This document shows, in pieces, positions 9,647 through 20,042 of a stretch of 64,000 nt of DNA. A program made the position numbers and the translations under genes. The first letter of the stretch is position 1; the number at the start of each line of letters is the position of its first letter. The notes under the pieces are model-generated. The model did no database searches and had not been told where the DNA came from. It saw only the letters and a program-made list of their open reading frames with translations. The DNA is taken from the NCBI GenBank assembly GCA_001567355.1, contig JYNZ01000002.1, forward strand, positions 199,477 to 263,476, given 5' to 3'. The stretch is from a candidate division WS6 bacterium OLB20 (GTDB taxonomy: Bacteria; Patescibacteriota; Dojkabacteria; B142; OLB20).

Positions 9647-10725
9647 CCGCGTATTGATCCGGTCAGCTGGTAAATCGGCATAATGATAAACAGAGCCAGC
9701 AGACCGATCATGGCTCCGATAAAAACAAGCAGAAGAGGTTCAAGCAGGGTTGTCAGATTGCTGCTCATCTCTTGTACCTCTTCTGAGTAAAAGTCGTACA
9801 GATAGTTGAGGTTTTCCTCCAGAGATCCCGTCTGCTCACCAACATCAATCATTTTTACAAATGTACCGGGAAAGTATTTTGGATAGGTGCTGAGTGTATC
9901 GGCAAGATTATGGCCGCTTTTGATCCCTTCATATACATCTTTGATCGCAAGCTGGTATTTGTAGTTTTCGACTGTATCGGCCGTGATCTTAAGTGCTGTC
10001 TGGATCGGCATACCGCTTTCAAGCAGAATCCCAAGAGTCCTTGAGAACTGCGTAAGCATATTGTTCATGGCAAGCGTTTTCATCACCGGTATCTTTAGAC
10101 CGAGCGAGTCCTTAAATCTCTTTCCCGGCTCTGTTTTAAGCAGCCTCATAATTATCAGGATCAGAATGACTGCGCCTCCGAGAATTGCTATACCATTGGC
10201 CCGGATAAACCCTGCAAAGTTAAGGACAAACACGGTAAACTCTGATTTATTTTCAAAGGATGCAAACAGCTGTTCAAGCTGGGGCAGAATAAAAAAGATG
10301 ACACCGGTCATTTCAAGGACTGTAATCGCAAGTACAATCATAGGATAGACAAGCGCACCTTTGACTTTACGCTGCAGTTCAAAGTTTTTCTTCAGATAAT
10401 CCGCAAGAAAGAGCAGGTTTTTCTCAAGCGTTGCTCCCTGTTCACCGATACTGATGATTGAGATGATAATCTCAGAGAAGATATCTTCGTGTTTACGCAT
10501 AGCATCAGCCAGATTCATTCCTGATCTGACATCAAGAAGAATCTCTTCATATGCTTCTTTCAGCTTCTCGTCAATTGCCTGATCTGCCATTACTTTCAGC
10601 GCATCCTCGATAGCAAGACCCGTCCGAAGCATGATTGACAAATGTCTTATAGAGAGCGCAATATCAAGGGGGGATACCTTGTGAAGAATGTATATCTTTT
10701 TACCTTTGACAACCTCTAGTACCAT
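9643..10725 (-). CDS. pilC: type IV pilus assembly platform protein PilC (GspF family)
   Basis: Two T2SS-F repeats and three TM segments. GspF-like motifs (GLAIEDALKVMA..., GMPIQTALKITAD). Confidence 0.85.
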   Translation of the reverse strand: MVLEVVKGKKIYILHKVSPLDIALSIRHLSIMLRTGLAIEDALKVMADQAIDEKLKEAYEEILLDVRSGMNLADAMRKHEDIFSEIIISIISIGEQGATLEKNLLFLADYLKKNFELQRKVKGALVYPMIVLAITVLEMTGVIFFILPQLEQLFASFENKSEFTVFVLNFAGFIRANGIAILGGAVILILIIMRLLKTEPGKRFKDSLGLKIPVMKTLAMNNMLTQFSRTLGILLESGMPIQTALKITADTVENYKYQLAIKDVYEGIKSGHNLADTLSTYPKYFPGTFVKMIDVGEQTGSLEENLNYLYDFYSEEVQEMSSNLTTLLEPLLLVFIGAMIGLLALFIIMPIYQLTGSIRG

Positions 10726-12065
10726 TATTCTTTAAGGGCAGTAACACGGATCAGCTCAGACACCCCGGTGACACCGGCTTTAAGTTTTTTTACGCCATCC
10801 TCTACAATCAGCACGAGACCGTTCTTTCTGGCCTGTTCGTAGATATCGTCAACGCTGGCATGCTCTGTGATCAGTTTGCGGATGGATTCATCAATATCAA
10901 ACACTTCATACAGACCGACGCGTCCTTTAAACCCCGTACCGTCACAGACATTGCATCCTACCTCATGATAAAGTTTTTCTTCGGGCTTGAGAAGCGCTGC
11001 AATATCAGGACGCATCTTTGTCAGTTGCTCAAGGTCAGCCTTAGTAAGCGTAAACTCTTTTTTGCATTCGTCGCAAAGTTTACGGGCAAGACGCTGGGCA
11101 ATAACCAGATTTACTGTTGATGCAACAAGAAAATCCTCGATTCCCATATCGATCAGACGGGGGATTGCTGTGACCGCATCATTGGTATGCAGCGTTGAAA
11201 GCACAAGATGTCCGGTCAAAGCTGCATTGGTGGCAATACGTGCAGTCTCCGCGTCACGGATCTCACCAACCATGATGATATCCGGATCCTGACGCAAAAT
11301 TGAACGCAGACCTGAAGCAAATGTCAGATTGGCCTTTGTATTGATCTGAATATGGTTGACTCCTTCAAGGTCGTACTCAACCGGATCTTCAACCGTGGTA
11401 ATATTCACCTCAGTCGAGTTAAGGATCTTAAGTATTGAATACAAAGTAGTCGTCTTGCCGGATCCCTTCGGTCCTACCGCCAGGATCATACCGTAGGGCT
11501 TGTTGTATGCCTTTTCTACAGCTTCGAGCTCGTTATCCCGCAGACCAAGGTCCTGCAGTTTAAATGACCGGCCAGCTGATGTAAGCAGACGCATTACAAC
11601 TTTTTCACCACGTGTAATCGGCAGAATGGATACGCGGGTATCGAGCTTTTTGCCATCGAAAATAAAACGGATACGTCCGTCCTGTGGAGCAAAGTGCTCA
11701 TCTGTACGCAGCTTGGCAGAAACTTTGATCTTAAAAATCAGTGCCTGCTCAAGGTTTTTATCAATGGTGAGAACTTCACGCAAAATACCGTCAACACGGA
11801 ACCTGATCAGCAGCTCGCTCTCCTGTGGCTCCATATGAACATCTGATGCTTTGCTTTTGAGGGCGTTAAAGACTATGCTGTCGAGCAGCTCAATAATATT
11901 TACAGGCCCTGCAGTTGCGCTGATATGCTCAATTTCTCTCTTTTTTACTGTCTGGCCTTTGAGCGCAGCTTCGTTTGTGGCCTGTTCCTTTTTACTATTC
12001 TGTTTTGCATCCTCTTGTGCCTGACCGGTTTTTTCAGCCGGGGCAGCCTTTGTTTCTTCGGCCAT
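10725..12065 (-). CDS. pilB: type IV pilus assembly ATPase PilB (GspE family)
   Basis: Walker A VGPKGSGKTTTLYS, Asp box, Walker B DIIMVGEIRD, His box. C-terminal tetracysteine (CDEC...CNVCDGTG). Confidence 0.9.
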   Translation of the reverse strand: MAEETKAAPAEKTGQAQEDAKQNSKKEQATNEAALKGQTVKKREIEHISATAGPVNIIELLDSIVFNALKSKASDVHMEPQESELLIRFRVDGILREVLTIDKNLEQALIFKIKVSAKLRTDEHFAPQDGRIRFIFDGKKLDTRVSILPITRGEKVVMRLLTSAGRSFKLQDLGLRDNELEAVEKAYNKPYGMILAVGPKGSGKTTTLYSILKILNSTEVNITTVEDPVEYDLEGVNHIQINTKANLTFASGLRSILRQDPDIIMVGEIRDAETARIATNAALTGHLVLSTLHTNDAVTAIPRLIDMGIEDFLVASTVNLVIAQRLARKLCDECKKEFTLTKADLEQLTKMRPDIAALLKPEEKLYHEVGCNVCDGTGFKGRVGLYEVFDIDESIRKLITEHASVDDIYEQARKNGLVLIVEDGVKKLKAGVTGVSELIRVTALKE

Positions 12066-12104
12066 GGTTGTCAGGTGTAGTTAGTATCAGTATATGGATT
12101 GCGT

Positions 12105-12140
12105 CTGCAAAAGAAAGGGGAGCCTTACGGCTCCCCTTAA
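12105..12140 (-). terminator. rho-independent terminator downstream of the major pilin gene
   Basis: Stem GGGGAGCC/GGCTCCCC with a 4-nt loop, followed on the minus strand by a T-rich run. Lies between pilA and pilB. Confidence 0.5.
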
Positions 12141-12156
12141 AAGTCTTGGTAAGTGA

Positions 12157-12600
12157 CTATCTGGATACTGAGATAGTTGTACCTTCTGCGTCAGGTGCAG
12201 AGACTGTTACGCGACCTGAAGCCTCCTGGCAGATGGTGTATCCTGTGTCAGCTGCTGCTCCTGTCTGAGGATCAGTCGGAATTGCAACCAGGTAGGTAGG
12301 TACCAGGTTGGTTGCAAGATCCACACATGCTGTGTCTGTACCGACACATGATGCAGATGTTGTACAGCCGGGGATTGTGCCAAGGTCACCGATGGCATTG
12401 CCCTGCTGTGCAGTGTACTGAGTTACAGCGTTAAGAATCTGAGTTACATCAGATGAGCGCTGAGTGTTGCGTGCATCCTGGAAGTTCTGCTGCGGATTGA
12501 TTGCAATAATCGTGATTGCAGCTAGGATAGCAATAAGAGCGACTACAACAAGGATTTCGATAAGAGTGAAACCCTTGAGGTTTTTGGTGCTATTGTTCAT
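12157..12600 (-). CDS. pilA: type IV major pilin
   Basis: Canonical KG|FTLIEILVVVALIAILAAI N-terminus. 147 aa with C-terminal Cys residues. Confidence 0.8.
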   Translation of the reverse strand: MNNSTKNLKGFTLIEILVVVALIAILAAITIIAINPQQNFQDARNTQRSSDVTQILNAVTQYTAQQGNAIGDLGTIPGCTTSASCVGTDTACVDLATNLVPTYLVAIPTDPQTGAAADTGYTICQEASGRVTVSAPDAEGTTISVSR

Positions 12601-13223
12601 AGCGATATTCTATATAAAATAAGTAAATATACCGGCTTGTATCTGAAAAGCTGAGAACTGCAGGATCTCAACCTCAAACACAAGCCATTGGCGTCCTTTC
12701 GGACTGCCGTTTTCAGCGACGGACATCAGCTTTTTAGTAGCTGCTGTCTGTCAGCCAATTTCAACTGCCGGAACCGGGCTGCAATACCGTGATTGTTCCC
12801 AGTTCCGGAAGTTGAAGCAGTTTTACAGTGTCGCGATCCACTGTAAAAACAGTACAATTGGCACTGATTGCTAGTTGATGAGTAGTATTCGATGGTTTGG
12901 ATGATTTTCGCTGAGTGTACAGGTGACTACTCATGCAGGCAGATTTAGTTGTAAATAGAGCAGATTGCAATAACGTATTTCAGTTATGCTTAGTATAGGA
13001 ACAGCATTTTTGCGTGTCAAGAAACAAACTGTAAATAACAACTTTGTATCCCATTGTCATTATTATGAAACCAGCAGCAGTTGCAAAGAGCTAAAATATT
13101 GTTACGTTTTTCGCAGGAGGATATACAGCATGTTCAGATATATGAGATGATCCACACGCATGAAGAGGGAGAATCGAGCGGGTCAGTAATGCAGAAACGT
13201 GCGCAGGTGATATATGCAAATAC

Positions 13224-13307
13224 TGGTGCCGAGGAGAGGAGTCGAACCTCCACGTCCGAAGACACTGGTTCCTAAGACCAGCGCGTCTACCATTCCGCCA
13301 CCTCGGC
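13224..13307 (-). tRNA. tRNA-Leu (anticodon TAG)
   Basis: Cloverleaf folds by hand. Acceptor GCCGAGG/CCTCGGC; anticodon stem CTGGT/ACCAG; loop CTTAGGA. Long variable arm, GTTCGACTCC T-arm, encoded CCA. Confidence 0.8.
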
Positions 13308-13477
13308 ACATTACCAGCGTTTGACCACACGTACCAGACAAAGATCAGCTCTGTCCTGCACATACAGCACTCTCATGACGGTATTTGGCCAGCCATGAAG
13401 TGTTATTATACCAAAGCACTGCACCCCATGCTATCATACACGTGCTAGAATTACGTATCGTGGCTGAAAAAACCCCG

Positions 13478-16036
13478 ATGATGCGACAATATGAGTCGCT
13501 AAAAGCCGAGCACCCCGGTTGTGTGCTGCTGTTTCGCATGGGCGATTTTTACGAATGCTTTCTGGATGATGCCCGGCTTGTCTCCAGGGTACTGGGTATT
13601 ACACTGACAGCACGCGGAAAGGATGAAAACAGAACCGCGATGGCAGGAATACCCTATCACGCCCTCGCACAGTACCTCCCCAAGCTTATCCGGGCAGGAC
13701 ATAAAGTAGCTATTGCAGAGCAGACCGAAGAGCCGCAAAGCGGAAAACTGGTCGAACGTAAAGTAGTCAAAGTGATAACTGCCGGCACCGTGATGGATGA
13801 AAACACGCTTGCCGAGGATGACAATAATCACATTGCTTCAGTCATCAGCATCAAGGGCCGCTCGGGTATCAGCTGGGGTCTTGCCTACGCTGATGTCAGT
13901 ACAGGCGCGTTTTTTGCAGGTGAATTTGCGGGAATGCACCGTCTGCCCGAAGCACTGATGCACGAGCTTTTCAGGGTGAGACCCTCTGAAGTACTGATAC
14001 ACAGGGATGATGAACGTTCCCAGATCGTGTCCGAGCGCTTTCCGGTAACCCTGCTTGACGAGATGTATACCTGCTCTCATGCAGAGGCAGAGCGCACGCT
14101 CAAGGAACAGTTTTCGGTTACTTCCCTCAAAGGATTCGGTATTGAGCAGCAGACAGCTGGAGTTATTGCGGCAGCACTGCTGGTAAAGTACATGGCGGAT
14201 ACCCAGAAGACCCGTCTTGAACATCTCACCTCAGTAAGGCAGATCCAGCACAGCGAATGGATGCTGCTGGATCAGTCGACTATCCGCAACCTTGAACTTG
14301 TATATCCCCTCAGATCAGACGGCAGAATGGATCAGACATTGTACGGAATCCTTAATCACTGCCTCACACCGATGGGGCAGCGGATGCTGCGACAGCATAT
14401 CCTGCGTCCTCTGATCAGCCGTGATGCAATCATGGAGCGCCTGGACTGTGTTGAACTGTTTGTAGGCAATGCGCATTTGAGAACGGAGGTGCGTTCTCAC
14501 CTTGCTGAGATACCTGATCTGGAGCGTGTTCTCGGCAGGATCGGAACAGGCGGTGCAAATGCACGGGATCTGATCTATCTGGCAACGGGACTGGAGCATG
14601 CAGCAAGTACTGCCAGACTGCTGTCTGCAGCAAAAACACCGCCCGGTCTCAAGGCCGACACGGCGCGTCTTGAGACTCTTGAAAAGAACGTAGTCAGCCT
14701 CATCAGGCGTGCAGTGGTCGAAGATCCACCGGTCACGGTGACCGAAGGCAACATTATCGCCCGCGGTTTTTCAGCAGAGCTGGACACGCTTAAGCAGGCT
14801 GAGCGCGAGGGAAAGGAGTTCATCAGAAACCTGCAGAAGCAGGAAATTGAAAACACCGGGATCACTTCGCTTAAGGTGAAGTTCAACAAAGTATTCGGCT
14901 ATTATATTGAGGTCAGCAAATCCAACCTGGATAAGGTACCTGCCCACTATGTGCGAAAACAGACGCTTGTCAATGCAGAACGCTTTATCACTGATGAACT
15001 CAAGCACTGGGAGGAACAGGTGCTTGGAGCTGAGGAGAAATCTGCAGCACTTGAATACCGGTTATTTGAAGAACTGCGTGCCGGTGTAAGTGCACATATT
15101 CGCGAGATACAGGAGGTGGGGAGTGAGATCGCCCGCATAGACGTTGCGTCTGGGCTGGCCGAGGTTGCAGCACTAAACAACTACGTCAAACCGGATCTGC
15201 GTGAGGAGGGGGAAACAGTTATCAGCGGAGGCCGGCATCCTGTGGTCGAACGTTTTGCCGGAACAGACTTTATCCGCAATGATACATTCTTTAATGATGA
15301 CGAGCGAATCCATCTGATAACAGGACCGAACATGTCAGGTAAGTCCACATACATCCGTCAGGTGGCGCTGATTGTGCTGCTGGCTCAGACAGGCAGTTAT
15401 GTTCCGGCGGACAGTGCTCAGGTGGTGATTGCTGATCGTGTATTTACACGCGTCGGTGCCTCAGACAACCTTGCCTCCGGTGAATCTACATTCATGGTTG
15501 AGATGAACGAGACAGCGAACATTCTCAATAATGCGACGGTACGTTCACTGCTCATACTTGATGAGGTGGGCAGGGGTACAAGCACATACGACGGCATTGC
15601 CATAGCGCGGGCAATCGTTGAGCACCTTGCACGGATAGTGCCGGCCCGCACGCTGTTTGCGACACACTACCATGAACTTACTGAGCTTGAGTCGCTTGAA
15701 TCCTGCATTGTCAATTATAATGTGCAGGTGCGGGAACATAACGGTACAATACTCTTTATGCGAAAAATCGAACGGGGCGCTACAGATAAAAGCTACGGTA
15801 TTCATGTTGCAGAGATAGCCGGTCTACCACGTTCCATCACAGAACGTGCCTATCAGCTCCTGAGCGATCTTGAATCGCAGCGCGAAAAACCTGCCGATCA
15901 TCCTCAGCAGCTCAGTTTCGGTCAGCTACCTTCAGTAAGTCACATCGAGGATGCATTACGCTCAATCGACACAGACAGTATGACTCCGCTTGATGCGCTG
16001 AAAACTCTTCATGACCTGAGATCTGAACTGGAATGA
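13478..16036 (+). CDS. mutS: DNA mismatch repair protein MutS
   Basis: N-terminal MMRQYESLKAEHPGCVLLFRMGDFYE. Walker A GPNMSGKSTY and ABC signature STFMVEM. Start at 13478 preferred over the upstream in-frame 13385. Confidence 0.9.
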   Translation: MMRQYESLKAEHPGCVLLFRMGDFYECFLDDARLVSRVLGITLTARGKDENRTAMAGIPYHALAQYLPKLIRAGHKVAIAEQTEEPQSGKLVERKVVKVITAGTVMDENTLAEDDNNHIASVISIKGRSGISWGLAYADVSTGAFFAGEFAGMHRLPEALMHELFRVRPSEVLIHRDDERSQIVSERFPVTLLDEMYTCSHAEAERTLKEQFSVTSLKGFGIEQQTAGVIAAALLVKYMADTQKTRLEHLTSVRQIQHSEWMLLDQSTIRNLELVYPLRSDGRMDQTLYGILNHCLTPMGQRMLRQHILRPLISRDAIMERLDCVELFVGNAHLRTEVRSHLAEIPDLERVLGRIGTGGANARDLIYLATGLEHAASTARLLSAAKTPPGLKADTARLETLEKNVVSLIRRAVVEDPPVTVTEGNIIARGFSAELDTLKQAEREGKEFIRNLQKQEIENTGITSLKVKFNKVFGYYIEVSKSNLDKVPAHYVRKQTLVNAERFITDELKHWEEQVLGAEEKSAALEYRLFEELRAGVSAHIREIQEVGSEIARIDVASGLAEVAALNNYVKPDLREEGETVISGGRHPVVERFAGTDFIRNDTFFNDDERIHLITGPNMSGKSTYIRQVALIVLLAQTGSYVPADSAQVVIADRVFTRVGASDNLASGESTFMVEMNETANILNNATVRSLLILDEVGRGTSTYDGIAIARAIVEHLARIVPARTLFATHYHELTELESLESCIVNYNVQVREHNGTILFMRKIERGATDKSYGIHVAEIAGLPRSITERAYQLLSDLESQREKPADHPQQLSFGQLPSVSHIEDALRSIDTDSMTPLDALKTLHDLRSELE

Positions 16037-18591
16037 AAGACCTGATCCCGTTTTCACAGCATCCCTCGTTTCAATCGCTACTTGCAGCGGTAAAAGGACA
16101 CTCAGATGAGGTTGAATTGATCGAGGTCAGCGGCGTTCCCCTGGCGTTGCATGAGGATCTGATTGCAACGGTCAGTTCTGAAGCGGAAGCAGGTGTAATG
16201 TATGCCGAGCGTGATGCGCACGAGTTGCGCAACTACCTGGAGACAGTCTTTATTCTGGAACTGTCAGGTCGCTCTCTGTCAGAGCTTGTGCAGCTTCTGA
16301 TTAACCATGAGTACTCTCAGAATGCACGGGTCGACAGTATTGGAGAATTTGCGGTTATCGGTGATATCCTTCAGATCTGGCCCCCCGGCTACGAACATCC
16401 GCTGCGGGTTTCATATTTTGGAGAGGATTTTGAATCAGCTGCATTTTATGACGAGATATACGGAAAACAGCTGCATACTGCTCAGACTGTTTTGATCGGG
16501 GATCTGCGCGCGTTTGAATCCCAGGCACTGATGAGTGCGCTGTCAATCCCCCTTACTCACCAAAGGGCAGCAGCATCGGTAGTTGTATTCGGAGGAGAGG
16601 CGCTTGGGCAGGAGAAGAGCCGCAGCATAGAGTTTGACTTTGCTTATCCGAGTTTATATTTCAGGCGCTTTGAGCTTCTTGAACGGGATATTGAACGATA
16701 TGCCCGGTCAGGGTTTGAAGTTTGCATCTACACCTCTCACGAAGATATCCTGCCCGATTCGCTGCAGAAGTTCGTCGCAGGCAAGACAGAAGAGCTGGAT
16801 GCAGGCGTACTTTCTGCACAGCTGAACCTGCTTGTCCTTACAGACAGGGAACTGTTTGGCACGGTATTCCTCTCACGCAGAACACGTCACATATCGAGCA
16901 CTCAGGCAAGAAAGCTGCTTGCAGAACTTGAGGGTGAAATTGAAATTGGTGATTACGTGGTGCATGAGGATCACGGTATCGGTGTATACGAGGGTATAAA
17001 ACAGGAGACATTTGAGCAGAAGATCTCGCTTGGCTTTAACGAGTTTAAAACAAATGTGATTTACGAGGACTATCTGGTGATCTCGTATGCACAGGGTGAT
17101 GAGCTTCTGATCCCGTTGAGCCAGATAGATAAGATCACCAAGTATATCGGACCTGATGATGAGGAACCGAGAATAACCCGTCTGGGCAGAACAGAATGGG
17201 CGACAATCACCCGCAAAGTTAAAGAGTCTGTAGCTGCAATGGCAAAGGAGCTGGTTGAACATTACGCTCGCAGGTCACTTGCCACTGTCGATCCTGTGCC
17301 GACCGAAATAAGCCCCGCAATGGAGGAGTTTCTCGAGGCGTTTCCATACAATGAAACAGAGGATCAGAAAAGGACCGAAAAAGAGGTCTATCTGGACCTT
17401 AATAAAAACAAACCGATGAACAGGCTGATTGTAGGCGACGTGGGATTTGGAAAAACCGAGGTCGCCATGCGGGCAGCATTTAAAGTTGCAGAGACGGGTA
17501 AACAGGTTGCTGTCTTATGCCCTACGACAGTGCTTGCGGCACAGCATCTTAAGGTTTTCAGTGAACGTTTTAAGGGCAGCGGATTTGCCGTCGCAGGTCT
17601 GTCCAGGTTTGCAGGCAGCGGCAGAAGTGTGATTGAAGGACTGGAAAAGGGGACTGTGCAGATAGTGGTGGGTACGCACAGACTGTTGTCTGCTGATGTC
17701 AAGTTTAAAAATCTGGGACTGATAATTATCGATGAGGAGCAGAAGTTTGGTGTGCGTCAGAAGGAAAAACTGAAGACACTTGAGGTAGGTGTGCATGTGC
17801 TCTCTATGAGTGCAACACCGATCCCGCGCACGTTAAGCATGGCGCTGTCATCAATCCAGGAGATTTCGCTCATCCAGACACCACCTGAGGGTCGCAAGAG
17901 TGTAGATACAATTGTCGCCCGTCTGGATTATCAGAAGATTGCTGATGCAATACTTGCTGAGGTCAGTCGCGGAGGTCAGGTGTATTACGTGCACAACCGG
18001 GTACAGACGATCCAGTCTGTCTACGACAAGCTGCAGAAGCTGCTGCCCGGAGTCAGGTTTGTCTTTGCCCATGGACAGATGCCAAGCGCCAGGCTGGAGC
18101 AGGTGATTAATGACTTCTATGCAGGAACATATGATGTGCTGATCTGCACAACTATTATTGAGAACGGTATTGATATGCAGAACGTAAATACGATTATTAT
18201 TGAACAGGCACAGAACTTTGGTCTGGGACAGCTGTATCAGCTGCGCGGACGAGTCGGCCGAGGCGAGCGTCAGGCCCATGCGTACTTCTTTTACGAGGGT
18301 GAGGATGTTGCAAAAGAGGATACGCCAGAAGAGGAGATAATCCTTGGAGAAAAGCTGTTAAAACAAAAACGGAAACATCAGAAGTACAAGGAACGTCTCC
18401 GGGCAATACTTGACTTTCAACATCTGGGTTCGGGATTCAATCTTGCGAGCCGTGATCTGGAAATCCGCGGGGCCGGAAATCTGCTGGGTCGTGAACAGCA
18501 TGGAAATATTTCGCAGATCGGTTACGGTCTTTACATGCAGCTCCTGGCACAGGAGATCGAGCGTCTTAAACAACTGACTGATTATGAGTGA
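16033..18591 (+). CDS. mfd: transcription-repair coupling factor Mfd (compact, 852 aa)
   Basis: CarD/TRCF RNAP-interacting domain (IGDYVVHEDHGIGVYEGI). SF2 helicase motifs (GDVGFGKTEVA, DEEQKFGV, QLRGRVGRG). TRG motif (RDLEIRGAGNLLG). Start overlaps the mutS stop (ATGA). Confidence 0.85.
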   Translation: MKDLIPFSQHPSFQSLLAAVKGHSDEVELIEVSGVPLALHEDLIATVSSEAEAGVMYAERDAHELRNYLETVFILELSGRSLSELVQLLINHEYSQNARVDSIGEFAVIGDILQIWPPGYEHPLRVSYFGEDFESAAFYDEIYGKQLHTAQTVLIGDLRAFESQALMSALSIPLTHQRAAASVVVFGGEALGQEKSRSIEFDFAYPSLYFRRFELLERDIERYARSGFEVCIYTSHEDILPDSLQKFVAGKTEELDAGVLSAQLNLLVLTDRELFGTVFLSRRTRHISSTQARKLLAELEGEIEIGDYVVHEDHGIGVYEGIKQETFEQKISLGFNEFKTNVIYEDYLVISYAQGDELLIPLSQIDKITKYIGPDDEEPRITRLGRTEWATITRKVKESVAAMAKELVEHYARRSLATVDPVPTEISPAMEEFLEAFPYNETEDQKRTEKEVYLDLNKNKPMNRLIVGDVGFGKTEVAMRAAFKVAETGKQVAVLCPTTVLAAQHLKVFSERFKGSGFAVAGLSRFAGSGRSVIEGLEKGTVQIVVGTHRLLSADVKFKNLGLIIIDEEQKFGVRQKEKLKTLEVGVHVLSMSATPIPRTLSMALSSIQEISLIQTPPEGRKSVDTIVARLDYQKIADAILAEVSRGGQVYYVHNRVQTIQSVYDKLQKLLPGVRFVFAHGQMPSARLEQVINDFYAGTYDVLICTTIIENGIDMQNVNTIIIEQAQNFGLGQLYQLRGRVGRGERQAHAYFFYEGEDVAKEDTPEEEIILGEKLLKQKRKHQKYKERLRAILDFQHLGSGFNLASRDLEIRGAGNLLGREQHGNISQIGYGLYMQLLAQEIERLKQLTDYE

Positions 18592-18612
18592 TGTCAGGAG
18601 CAATAATCTGAT

Positions 18613-19281
18613 ATGCTTGGCAGTATGGGATACATAAACTGGGGCGAGAAAACAGTGGATGTCACGGATGATCAGGCGGTATCCTCCGCGTATGATGAGG
18701 GGTATGTATTTATCAGAACGTCCCCTGGCGCAATGCAGAAGACAAGATCGCTGCGGGTTGATCTTGCAAAGTTCACTCTCAATTCAGAGAACAGGCGGGT
18801 ACTTCGCAAGCTGCCCGGTCTCTCAGTGCAGAGCCGCGGTCTGCCGATACCAAAAGAGGAGTACGATTGGAATATCCATCGCACCGGAAAAGAATTCTAC
18901 GGAAAAAAGTTTAATGATATCTCGTTTTCTGCTGCCCGCATAAGGTATCTGCTGACGTCTCCCGAAATGCACTTTTCGACGCTGCTGCAGTATGCTGTGG
19001 ATTCTGTCACTGCAGGCTATGCGATCTGTTATGCTAACGGCGACTTGCTGCACTACGCGTATCCGTTTTACGAGTTTGAGAACTATCCTGCAAACCTCGG
19101 GATGGCGATGATGGTGCATGCAATCCTTCTGTCTAAAGAGACTGGCAGAAAGTACTGCTATCTTGGATCAGTTCGTTCCGTCAGAGATCTTTACAAGCTG
19201 CAGTTTTCGGGACTGAGCTACTACGACCGGACCGGATGGTCGTCTGACCTGGACCCACTTAAGGCAGAGCTCAGGCAATAG
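18613..19281 (+). CDS. hypothetical protein, possibly aminoacyl-tRNA-dependent transferase-like (ATE/Bpt or FemAB-like fold)
   Basis: 222 aa. Weak resemblance to Bpt/ATE C-terminal region (…AICYANGDLLHYAYPFYEF… KYCYLGS). Tentative call. Confidence 0.25.
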   Translation: MLGSMGYINWGEKTVDVTDDQAVSSAYDEGYVFIRTSPGAMQKTRSLRVDLAKFTLNSENRRVLRKLPGLSVQSRGLPIPKEEYDWNIHRTGKEFYGKKFNDISFSAARIRYLLTSPEMHFSTLLQYAVDSVTAGYAICYANGDLLHYAYPFYEFENYPANLGMAMMVHAILLSKETGRKYCYLGSVRSVRDLYKLQFSGLSYYDRTGWSSDLDPLKAELRQ

Positions 19282-19684
19282 CTGCAACCTCGAGTACCAT
19301 ATAGGTTTGTGTTCCGATCGGTGTTTCAACTGTCACGCTGTCACCTGCCTGTTTTCCATAGAGCGCCTTACCGAGTGGAGACTGTGATGACACACGTCCC
19401 GATCTGGGATCGGCTTCGTGCGGTTCTACTATCCGTATCCGCATTGCCATCGCGCCACATTCGACAAGATAGGTGGTCTGCTTCTGTTTTTGTGCAGTCG
19501 AGCGCATCAGGTCCCGGCAGCGCTCAATTTCGCGCATCACCATGTTGCGTTTTACTTCAAGTTCCTGTCGGGTGGAAATCTCTTCGGCATTGCTGTGCTG
19601 CCTGTCGTGTTCCAGCAGAGTGCTGATATCTTTGATCTGCTGTTCAAGCAGAGTTATATGACTTTTGTAGTACTTACGTGTCAT
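19271..19684 (-). CDS. greA: transcription elongation factor GreA
   Basis: C-terminal Gre domain (SPLGKALYGKQAGDSVTVETPIGTQTYMVLEV) with an N-terminal coiled coil. In-frame stop two codons upstream of the start. Confidence 0.75.
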   Translation of the reverse strand: MTRKYYKSHITLLEQQIKDISTLLEHDRQHSNAEEISTRQELEVKRNMVMREIERCRDLMRSTAQKQKQTTYLVECGAMAMRIRIVEPHEADPRSGRVSSQSPLGKALYGKQAGDSVTVETPIGTQTYMVLEVAAIA

Positions 19685-20042
19685 GGGTTATGAGTTGTAA
19701 CAAACAATATCTAGATTGCCTTGTAGCTCCGCAGATAGCGTACAAGAGTAGAAAGTCGCTCACGGCTGCGCCGCGCCGTGCCGAGCCGGTACTGTGGCTC
19801 AATTGCTGCAAATGATGGCATTGCAGAAATTGAACCCGTTACGGGCTTTTTACCGTGAGACGTGGCAGTTTTGGAGGATGGGGACATCTTGGTTCTTCTG
19901 TTAATAGATAAAATAGTAACTGAAGGTAGTATAAATCAGTACTACTATGTAAGACTTGACTGCAACATGACACCTTTTCGGGAAAACCTGACAAAATGCT
20001 ATAATTCTGACACGGGTTGCTATATATTCTGACAGACTATAT

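Noticed and set aside
13385-13477. Upstream in-frame start for mutS at 13385
   Set aside because: The 31 extra residues have no counterpart in MutS, and they would start close to the tRNA-Leu promoter region. The ATG at 13478 gives the canonical MMRQYESLKAEHP N-terminus.
19685-20042. Possible small RNA (SRP RNA, RNase P or tmRNA) in the 360-bp greA/regulator intergenic region
   Set aside because: No conserved motif of these RNAs was found by eye (for example the RNase P GGAAAGUCCGGGC or the tmRNA tag region). The region is probably just divergent promoters.
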